From assembly GCF_000011805.1 (NCBI RefSeq), contig NC_006840.2: DNA of 32,000 nt. One strand, 5' to 3'. The position numbers and the translations under genes are program-made. Positions 25,054 through 32,000 of the stretch are shown in pieces. The notes under the pieces were generated by a model. That model worked only from the letters and a program-made list of their open reading frames with translations, was not told the DNA's origin and did not search any database. Every line of letters starts with the position of its first letter. The stretch's first letter is position 1. This DNA comes from Aliivibrio fischeri ES114 (GTDB lineage: Bacteria; Pseudomonadota; Gammaproteobacteria; Enterobacterales; Vibrionaceae).

Positions 25054-27063
25054 TTACACTTTAAATTGATGCACAATATCACTTTGCTGGTGAGCCAGTT
25101 CATTTAATGTTTGGCTTACATTAGCAATGTCGTTCATCGCTTCTTGGTTATTTTCAGCAATGTGACTGATATCCTCTAAGCTACGTGCAATCTCAGTTGT
25201 TGTTGCACTTTGCTCGTTTGCCGCTTGAGAAATGTGATTACTCATGTGGCTGATCTCTTCAATTAAGTTTTGGATCATCACCATCGCATTATTGGCTTCG
25301 TTGGTTTGAGTGACGCTTTGTTGCATGTCTTCAACACAGCTTTCAATCACTGTCGTGGTGGTTTTTGAGCTTGATTGAAGGTTAGCAATCATTACTTCAA
25401 TTTCAGAAGTTGATTTTGCTGTACGTTGAGCAAGAATACGCACTTCATCAGCAACAACCGCAAAGCCACGGCCTTGTTCGCCGGCACGAGCTGCTTCGAT
25501 AGCGGCATTAAGTGCAAGTAGGTTGGTTTGCTCAGCAATGTTATTAATCACATCTAAAATTGAGCCAATCTCGCAACTTACTTTCTGTAGGTTGGATACG
25601 GCTTGTACTGATTCATCCAAGCGAGAAGAAAGTTGCTCAATGGTCTCTAAGTTGTTTTTCATGACTTGTTGACCGTGCTCAGAAGCGGCTTCTACTTCTT
25701 GTACTTTTAGTAGTGAACTTTCTGAGCTTGATGCAACTTCTACAACCGAGTGTTCCATCTCTGTCATTGCCGCTGCAACGCTTGTGGTTTGTTCACGTTG
25801 GTTCAGTAGTTGTTGTTTCGCTTTCTCTGCGGTGGCGTTGTTATTTTGCGCAACTTCAGTCAGTTCATCAGAAGCCCCACTTAACTGAATTAATACTTTT
25901 TGTAGGTTGTCGGCAAGGGTATTGATATGACGAGATACACGGCTAAATTCGGTATTTCGTTTGGTTTCAATACGCTGAGTCATATCGCCAGAGGTTAATG
26001 ACTCTAAGATTTTAAGCATATTTTGTAGTGGGGTACGAACTGATGTCGCTAGGTTAAAACCAATAAAGGTCGCTAACAGAGAAACAACCACACCCAGTGC
26101 AATCCCTTTATAAAGGCTTTGTCGGTAAATGGTGTCTGCTTGTTGCAGTGAGTTTTGTAAATCTTGGTTTGCTAATTGATTAAATGAAGTCAGCAGGGTG
26201 ATGGCTTTATCAATTTGCTGAGCAAGGTTTGAGATGTTGGTGTACAACGCATCTTTAGCCGTTAAGTAGGCAAAGTGAGTATTTAGAATCCCTTCTTTTT
26301 GTCCTACTTCAGCGCTGAATTGCTTTACTGAATCATCAAATGTGCCTTTTAGCTCAGGCAATTGGTTTGCTAGCCCACGGTAAGCGTAGTTTAAGTGCGT
26401 AACCGCTTTTTTGTTTTGATTAACGGCTTTATTAACCAATGCGATATCGCTACTTGCTAATGCATCCGAAGTAATCAGCTCTGCGTCTTCTAGTTTCACG
26501 AAGTAGCTTTTCGCCATCATCTTAACAGCGATACTTTCTTGGTCATTAATGTATTCTTTCATACGTACACTTAACTCAGTGTAAAGACGTTGAAAGTTAC
26601 GGATCGCTTGTTGTTTTTCATCTTCAGCAGTCAGTAGGGCTTGGTAGTTATCCATTGCTACTTTTGCTTCATTGAAATAAGCGCTTTCTATTTTAGCCAG
26701 TTCTGAACGTTGTTGTGCGCCCGTGTTTTTTTGTTGAGCGGTATTGATAAGTTGTTTAAAGGTATTTTTAAATTTGGTTTCTGCAACAGAAAATTGCTCA
26801 CGAGCTTGCTGCATTTGAATAGTATCGCGAGTAGTAAGGAAATCTTTAAATGACTTATCAGCAGCAAGTAAGGAGACGCTTGTTTCGTTTGATAAGCTCA
26901 CTAAAGGCATGGATTCTGAAGAGACAGATTGCATCTGTTTGTGAATATTGCTCGTTCCGTTGAGCATTAAGATAACCGTCGTAATAAATAGGATAACAAT
27001 TAAGGAGAATCCTGCGTACATGCGACGAACTACCGAACTGTTCATGTTGTATCTCTCTTTCAT
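25054..27063 (-). CDS. Methyl-accepting chemotaxis protein with long all-helical (4HB/HBM-like) periplasmic sensor
   Basis: The signalling tip is [35 protein letters not shown]. The protein has two TM helices, a ~285-aa helical periplasmic region and a HAMP segment. The true start may be the in-frame ATG at 27045 ([10 protein letters not shown]...), which follows AGAGAG. Confidence 0.92.
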   Translation of the reverse strand: MKERYNMNSSVVRRMYAGFSLIVILFITTVILMLNGTSNIHKQMQSVSSESMPLVSLSNETSVSLLAADKSFKDFLTTRDTIQMQQAREQFSVAETKFKNTFKQLINTAQQKNTGAQQRSELAKIESAYFNEAKVAMDNYQALLTAEDEKQQAIRNFQRLYTELSVRMKEYINDQESIAVKMMAKSYFVKLEDAELITSDALASSDIALVNKAVNQNKKAVTHLNYAYRGLANQLPELKGTFDDSVKQFSAEVGQKEGILNTHFAYLTAKDALYTNISNLAQQIDKAITLLTSFNQLANQDLQNSLQQADTIYRQSLYKGIALGVVVSLLATFIGFNLATSVRTPLQNMLKILESLTSGDMTQRIETKRNTEFSRVSRHINTLADNLQKVLIQLSGASDELTEVAQNNNATAEKAKQQLLNQREQTTSVAAAMTEMEHSVVEVASSSESSLLKVQEVEAASEHGQQVMKNNLETIEQLSSRLDESVQAVSNLQKVSCEIGSILDVINNIAEQTNLLALNAAIEAARAGEQGRGFAVVADEVRILAQRTAKSTSEIEVMIANLQSSSKTTTTVIESCVEDMQQSVTQTNEANNAMVMIQNLIEEISHMSNHISQAANEQSATTTEIARSLEDISHIAENNQEAMNDIANVSQTLNELAHQQSDIVHQFKV

Positions 27064-27350
27064 CTAAAAGGGTATTAAGATTGTGCAATGATGATTTTTT
27101 TGCTTGCGAGTCTTAAAATGGTTACAGTGATTATTCATGATATGATTAACTCGTCACACAAATTGCGACCTTGTCTATAAAATTAACAATAACTGTTAAA
27201 ATTTTTACATTATTTCGGGTGAGTTCTCTGTTTGGGTTTTAGATGATTGCTTTTACTATTTCTCAAGTGATTGTTTTTGAGCTATTTGTAACGCATACTA
27301 AGTGAAAGTAAAAAATAAAATAGAATTCTGGGTATTATTGGAGGCGCTTC

Positions 27351-27701
27351 ATGGCTGAAGAAACAATTTTTAGTAAGATTATTCGCAAAGAAATTCCTGC
27401 GGATGTGGTATATCAAGATGATTTAGTTACGGCTTTTCGCGATATTAATCCAAGAGCGCCAAGCCATGTATTGATCATTCCTAATAAATTGATCCCTACT
27501 ACGAATGACGTAGAACCAGAAGATGAATTGGTGATGGGACGTTTGTTTACTGTGGCTAGAAAAATTGCACAAGATGAAGGAATTGCTGAAGATGGTTACC
27601 GTTTAATCGTCAATTGTAATCCTCATGGTGGTCAAGAAGTTTACCATATTCATATGCACCTAGTTGGCGGTCGCCCTTTAGGTCCAATGCTACTAAGCTA
27701 A
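27351..27701 (+). CDS. hinT: HIT family purine nucleoside phosphoramidase HinT
   Basis: The 116-aa protein has the histidine triad HIHMHLVGG and the N-terminal CIF-like region [20 protein letters not shown] is present. The gene order hinT-ycfL-lpoB is conserved. Confidence 0.9.
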   Translation: MAEETIFSKIIRKEIPADVVYQDDLVTAFRDINPRAPSHVLIIPNKLIPTTNDVEPEDELVMGRLFTVARKIAQDEGIAEDGYRLIVNCNPHGGQEVYHIHMHLVGGRPLGPMLLS

Positions 27702-27768
27702 TAAATATCATATAGAGGCTCCTGTTTTTGTGGAGCCTTACTTTTCCAACGATGAGTTTCTTATAATA

Positions 27769-29166
27769 ATGAATTCAATATTGAAGAAATCCACCATAGT
27801 TACTTTTGCTTTGCTGCTTTCTGGCTGTGCAAATATGTCTGTTGGCAATTTGTTTAGTCATTATTCAGCTCAAACTAATGATGTTTATCAATTAGTGAAA
27901 AGTGGTGAAGCAAAACAAGCTTATACTCTTGAAGAGCAGGAAGTGGGTGGCCCAATTCTTGATAATATGGAGCTTGGTCGTATTGCTTTATTAAGCGAGC
28001 AATATGCGGAGAGTAAAACGGATTTTGAAGTAGCAGAGCAAGCTGTGAGAGTGCAAAGTGACCAAGCGACTATCTCTGTTTCTGATTCAGCAAATCAAGT
28101 GGGTTCTTTAGTCACGAATGATAATTTAATTGACTATAAACCAGCGGATTATGAGTTAGGTTACTTGCATTTATATTTGTCTTTAAATTATTTAAAAAAT
28201 AATGATTTAGAAGGTGCTTTGGTTGAGGTTCGTAAAGCGAACTATATTCAAGAGCAAGCGAAAAGAGACAGAGAAAAGGATTTACAAAAAGCGGAAAAAG
28301 AAGCAAGAAAAGAGGGCGTTAAAACCAACGTAGGGGCTATTTTAGCTAATTATCCTGATGTGGGTAATCAACTTGCTGCGGTTCAAAATGGCTATCTTTT
28401 CTATTATTCAGGCCTGCTTTATGAAACCAATCGTTCTTTAAATGATGCTTATATAGATTATAAACGAGCGTTAGCAGTAGCGCCGAATAATAAAACGGTG
28501 ATTGAATCGGTTCAACGTGTTGCTCGTAAACTGGGTATGCGTAACGATATCAAAATGTTAGAGAAGCAATACGGTGCTTACCAAGTACCAAAACGCTCTG
28601 ATAGCCGTGTGATTATTATTGATGAACAAGGTATTTTACCGCCATTGTCTGATTGGCGATTGGGCTTACCTATGTGGGATAGCCAAGGTAATTTTGTTCA
28701 ATATAATTTAGCATTACCTTACTATAAAAACACCAAACGTCAGGTATTTCCGCCACTAAAAGTGAATGGTAAGTCGTTAGCGAGTGATCAAGTTGCTGAT
28801 GTAACATTAATGGCGAAGAACGATCTTAATGAACGCATTCCTGCAATGGTGATCCGCCAAGCTTTACGTGTTGTTGCTAAAGATGAATTAAGAAAAACAT
28901 CAAGAAACAGCAAAGAAGAAGAGTTGGTTAATGCGGTCTTTACTATCTTTAATACATTAACAGAACAACCTGATACACGTAGCTGGCAAACACTACCAGC
29001 GCAAATAAGTGTAACAAGTATGAGTATTGAGCCCGGAAAGAATCAAATTCAATATCAAGGAAATGAACTAGACTTTACAGTAAAGGAAGGACATACCGTT
29101 ATCGTCTGGTCATCTAGACAAGGAAACGCCGTCACTTGGTGGCATAAACAATTAGGGGAAATATAA
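27769..29166 (+). CDS. TPR-containing outer-membrane/periplasmic lipoprotein (COG3014-like) of the hinT-ycfL-lpoB cluster
   Basis: ATG 27769 gives the signal peptide MNSILKKSTIVTFALLLSGC-A with a lipobox. The track start at GTG 27730 adds a non-signal extension. TPR-like helices are visible (YLHLYLSLNYLKNNDLEGALVEVRKA, YYSGLLYETNRSLNDAYIDYKRALAVAP). Confidence 0.7.
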   Translation: MNSILKKSTIVTFALLLSGCANMSVGNLFSHYSAQTNDVYQLVKSGEAKQAYTLEEQEVGGPILDNMELGRIALLSEQYAESKTDFEVAEQAVRVQSDQATISVSDSANQVGSLVTNDNLIDYKPADYELGYLHLYLSLNYLKNNDLEGALVEVRKANYIQEQAKRDREKDLQKAEKEARKEGVKTNVGAILANYPDVGNQLAAVQNGYLFYYSGLLYETNRSLNDAYIDYKRALAVAPNNKTVIESVQRVARKLGMRNDIKMLEKQYGAYQVPKRSDSRVIIIDEQGILPPLSDWRLGLPMWDSQGNFVQYNLALPYYKNTKRQVFPPLKVNGKSLASDQVADVTLMAKNDLNERIPAMVIRQALRVVAKDELRKTSRNSKEEELVNAVFTIFNTLTEQPDTRSWQTLPAQISVTSMSIEPGKNQIQYQGNELDFTVKEGHTVIVWSSRQGNAVTWWHKQLGEI

Positions 29167-29555
29167 TGAAAAAATGGTTTATCGCACTTTTGTTACCACT
29201 GGCTTTGGCTGCGTGTAGTTCAAGTCAAACAGCAGGGATCAGTGTTGATAGCAGCACTCAAAAAGTTGTCTTTGGTGATAACGTATTGGGTAACCGTTTA
29301 TCGGTAGAGCAGATCACAACACAAGACAATAATGGCTTGGTGCGTGGTATTGTGTCAGTTACAAGTAAATTTACGGGTGATCAACAGCTTCAATACCGTT
29401 TTTACTGGTATGATGAACAAGGTTTAGAGGTTAACGGTTCTGACTCTCCTTGGCGTACGTTTGTTGTTCGTGGTTTAGATACAATGAGCATTCAATCTGT
29501 GGCTATGAAGCCTGAAGCAACTCAGTTCCGTGTTCAAATTCGCACATTAGATTGA
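29166..29555 (+). CDS. ycfL: YcfL family lipoprotein (DUF1425)
   Basis: The ATG overlaps the upstream stop (ATAATG). The lipobox is LALAAC-SS. The family-typical motif QYRFYWYDEQGLEV compares with E. coli YcfL HYRFYWYDARGLEM. Confidence 0.8.
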   Translation: MKKWFIALLLPLALAACSSSQTAGISVDSSTQKVVFGDNVLGNRLSVEQITTQDNNGLVRGIVSVTSKFTGDQQLQYRFYWYDEQGLEVNGSDSPWRTFVVRGLDTMSIQSVAMKPEATQFRVQIRTLD

Positions 29556-29671
29556 TACTCATCTCTATGAATAGTTGACCACACTGTTTATTAACATTAT
29601 TTGGTCAGCTATTTATGTTGAAGGGTATGGTTTCTTTTATAAGATAAAGACTCACTAGAGGTAAAAACAAA

Positions 29672-30262
29672 ATGAAGAAAAGTGTTATTGCATTATTAAG
29701 CTTGGCTGTATTACTTGGCGGTTGTTCAAACAAGGTAAGCTATGGCGATGCTCAAGCTGTTGAAACAACAACTGTAGATTTCGGTTCAACTGATTTACAA
29801 AAAATCGCAGGTGAGATGACTGAGAGCATGCTTTCTTCTGGTGCTGTTGCTCAAATTACTCAAGGTAATCGTCCAATTGTTTTTGTTGAAAGCATTAAAA
29901 ACAAAACAAGTGAACACATTGATACTGAATCTGTAACAGATTCAATCAGCACTAAACTACTTAACTCTGGTAAGTTCCGTTTTGTAGATATGGATCGAGT
30001 TGAAGCAGTTCGTTCACAACTTAACTTCCAAAACAATGATGAGCTAGTAAACCAAAACACAGCAATTCAGTTTGGTAAAATGGTTGGTGCTCAATACATG
30101 CTTTACGGCAACCTTTCTAGCATCGTGAAAAATGCAGGCAGCGACAAAGACGTATACTACAAAATGACAATGCGTTTAATGGATTTAGAAACAGGTCTAA
30201 TCGAGTGGGCTGATGAAACTGAAATCCGTAAGCAACAAGAGAAAAGCCTACTAGGTTGGTAA
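29672..30262 (+). CDS. lpoB: Penicillin-binding protein activator LpoB
   Basis: The lipobox is LLGGC-S. The C-terminal globular domain pattern is IVFVESIKNKTSEHIDTESVTDSISTKLLNSGKFRFVD...YMLYGNLSSI. The gene sits after ycfL as in enterobacteria and vibrios. Confidence 0.8.
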   Translation: MKKSVIALLSLAVLLGGCSNKVSYGDAQAVETTTVDFGSTDLQKIAGEMTESMLSSGAVAQITQGNRPIVFVESIKNKTSEHIDTESVTDSISTKLLNSGKFRFVDMDRVEAVRSQLNFQNNDELVNQNTAIQFGKMVGAQYMLYGNLSSIVKNAGSDKDVYYKMTMRLMDLETGLIEWADETEIRKQQEKSLLGW

Positions 30263-30284
30263 TCTCTTAATTACTTAGAATCAT

Positions 30285-30325
30285 AAAAAAGCCCTTCATC
30301 TCGTTGAGTGAAGGGCTTTTATTTT
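30285..30325. terminator. Bidirectional rho-independent terminator between lpoB and the convergent chemoreceptor gene
   Basis: The structure is A6 + GCCCTTCA (30291-30298) / TGAAGGGC (30309-30316) + TTTTATTTT. Confidence 0.85.
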
Positions 30326-30341
30326 GTGTTGAATATATTAA

Positions 30342-32000
30342 TTAAGACACTTTGAAGAAGCTGACTTCTGCTTTTAATTCTTCAACTAAGGCAACCATTT
30401 CTGTATTTGAGTCAATCGCTTGAGTCACGCCTGATAAGTTGTCGACAACCATGTTTTTAATGTCTTCCACATTATGTGCGATGTTTTGGTTTACGATTGA
30501 TTGCTCTTCAGAAGCGGTCGCAACTGATGAGTTAATATCAACAAGCAGAGTTACTTTCTCTGAAATATTGTTGAATGCGTCTTCAATTTTATCCGATATT
30601 TTCGCTAAATCGTTGGTTAACTGTAAGTTGTTTTCCATCGCATCAACGGCTCTTGTCGCTTCTGTTTGTAGAGTCGCAATGATCGTTTGAATATTGGCTG
30701 TTGAATCTTGTGTTTTAACCGCCAAAGCTCTCACTTCATCTGCAACTACCGCAAAGCCACGTCCTTGCTCACCAGCTCGTGCCGCTTCAATTGCAGCGTT
30801 TAGAGCGAGTAGGTTTGTTTGGTCTGAGATATTACCAATAACGTCAACCACTGAGCTGATGTTGTCTGATAGGATTTTTAACTCTTCAATAATGCAAGAT
30901 GACTCTTTAACCGATGATGAAACGCGGTCAACGATAGAAGAGGACTCTTGTAACGTTTTTAAGCTATCAGAGGAAAGAACTAATGTTGTGCTCGTCTCTC
31001 CTTCAGCAGATAGTGCATTCGCGGCAATATCGTTTGCTGTGGTAGCCATTTCAGTAATAGCTGCAGCGACTTGATCAATGTGTTGTAGCTCAGATTCAGA
31101 TCGCGTAACGTTATTGTTAGTCACCTCAGAGATTTGTTCTTGATGTTCAGATAGCTTATACATAATGGTGTTTGTTGTTGTCATTACACCAGAAATGCGT
31201 GATTGTAAGCTCTCTAATGATTCTGTGATTAAATCAATTTCGTTTCCTGTTTTAGGAATGGATAGATTAGTAAAATCACCACTCGCCATTAGTTGAATAT
31301 TGCTCACTACATTTGGGATCTGTGAAAGCTCTTTACGAACCACAATAAATTGAGCAAGAGTCAAAACCAAACCAAGAATAACTAAAACACTGATTAACGC
31401 TGTTCGGATATTTTGAGCATTTTCAAAGGTGGTGGTTTGGTTTGTAAATACGTAACCAACAAGTCCATGCGAAAGTGGCAACTTTGTTAAGCTAAAAAAC
31501 TCGTTATCCCCAGCATCAATAAACATTGGTTTGTCTGTCACCCCTTTATATTCTGGTCTAATTTCGAATAAATTCTTATTTAGCCAATCAGGTGAATTAC
31601 TATCAATAGCAACAATATGACCACTCTGAGTTGTTAAAGCGAATTCAATACCACTATCTGGTATTAATACATTCAAGTTAACCCCAACAGCAATAACACC
31701 AACAATTTCATTATTGAATAAAAGCGGAGCACTCGCTGTTATTTCATATATTCCACTGTTAGAAAGGTAAGGTGTTGATATATTAGCTTCTTTTTTATCT
31801 TGCATAATAGAGTTAAACCACTCTCTATTACCTTTGATAGCGTTAAATGTTGGATGCCAACCATTAGCAGCAACAGAGAAAACATCACCATTTAAATTGG
31901 ATAAGATAACATTAGTGTATGTTTTATTTGATTTAACAATATCTTGAATGTTGCCTAAGATAAGCTTTTCGTCAAATGGTTGGTTTGGGTCTAATTCAAT
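30342..32000 (-). CDS. Methyl-accepting chemotaxis protein with Cache-like sensor, 5' end beyond the window
   Basis: The signalling tip is [35 protein letters not shown]. The track ORF starts at M (31805). The reverse-strand frame stays open and in frame to nt 32000 ([28 protein letters not shown]...[14 protein letters not shown]), which reads as Cache-domain sequence. The gene is therefore truncated by the window edge. Confidence 0.9.
   Translation of the reverse strand: MELDPNQPFDEKLILGNIQDIVKSNKTYTNVILSNLNGDVFSVAANGWHPTFNAIKGNREWFNSIMQDKKEANISTPYLSNSGIYEITASAPLLFNNEIVGVIAVGVNLNVLIPDSGIEFALTTQSGHIVAIDSNSPDWLNKNLFEIRPEYKGVTDKPMFIDAGDNEFFSLTKLPLSHGLVGYVFTNQTTTFENAQNIRTALISVLVILGLVLTLAQFIVVRKELSQIPNVVSNIQLMASGDFTNLSIPKTGNEIDLITESLESLQSRISGVMTTTNTIMYKLSEHQEQISEVTNNNVTRSESELQHIDQVAAAITEMATTANDIAANALSAEGETSTTLVLSSDSLKTLQESSSIVDRVSSSVKESSCIIEELKILSDNISSVVDVIGNISDQTNLLALNAAIEAARAGEQGRGFAVVADEVRALAVKTQDSTANIQTIIATLQTEATRAVDAMENNLQLTNDLAKISDKIEDAFNNISEKVTLLVDINSSVATASEEQSIVNQNIAHNVEDIKNMVVDNLSGVTQAIDSNTEMVALVEELKAEVSFFKVS

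Noticed and set aside
27711-27740. The hairpin AGGCTCC-N9-GGAGCCT between hinT and the downstream lipoprotein gene as a terminator
   Set aside because: No T-run follows it, and the downstream genes belong to the conserved hinT cluster and are probably co-transcribed. At most it is a weak attenuator, which I cannot support.
30439-31074. Two antisense ORFs (83 and 126 aa) inside the third chemoreceptor gene. Similar short ORFs lie antisense to the BCCT gene (5700-7496), the prolyl oligopeptidase gene (8189-8380, 9206-9529), the amylase gene (23967-24284) and the kinase gene (21834-22130)
   Set aside because: All are embedded in strongly supported genes on the opposite strand. Their Ser/Ala/Thr-rich compositions are typical of shadow frames. 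No independent signals support them.
1-32000. A search for CRISPR arrays, tRNA/rRNA genes, transposases, integrases or IS inverted repeats, especially at the island borders
   Set aside because: I found no regularly spaced repeats, no tRNA-like cloverleaf candidates near 14400-14760 or 21150-21400, and no ORF with transposase or recombinase motifs. This was a by-eye scan, so tRNAscan/Infernal and ISfinder searches are still needed.

Overview
This is an AT-rich gammaproteobacterial chromosome segment. It looks Vibrionaceae-like (Aliivibrio/Vibrio type), judged only from gene content: hinT-ycfL-lpoB cluster, three methyl-accepting chemotaxis proteins, a BCCT transporter and a ToxR-like regulator. 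All family assignments come from motif recognition in the supplied translations. No database search was possible. Most of the window is ordinary chromosome: YaeQ, a TauE/SafE permease, a GNAT acetyltransferase, a BCCT transporter, a prolyl oligopeptidase, an 847-aa orphan lipoprotein, a DtpB-like peptide permease, an APH/ChoK-fold kinase, a SpoU/TrmH methyltransferase, a NYN/LabA protein, a GH13 alpha-amylase, and HinT with three lipoproteins. Convergent gene pairs are separated by clear rho-independent terminators. The standout is an accessory insertion of about 6.8 kb (about 14491-21334) between the peptide permease and the kinase-like gene. It contains a heavily frameshifted HigA-type antitoxin with a possible higB remnant. 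It also has about 640 bp without a convincing gene but with a perfect hairpin and direct repeats. The main cargo is a three-gene operon with overlapping stop and start codons (15777-21153; 578, 584 and 629 aa). The last gene is an ABC-type ATPase fused to a Toprim/DUF4435-like domain (OLD/PARIS-like). The middle gene has an N-terminal PD-(D/E)xK-like motif. The first is an all-helical HEAT-like protein with no recognisable catalytic motif. I could not match this gene combination to any defence system I know, so I propose it as a candidate uncharacterised anti-phage or anti-MGE system. An 18-bp imperfect direct repeat (16/18) brackets the insertion, but no integrase or tRNA is present. A second accessory-looking spot is the very AT-rich ToxR-like regulator plus chemoreceptor pair at 36-3232. 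No rRNA, tRNA, CRISPR array or transposase was seen.
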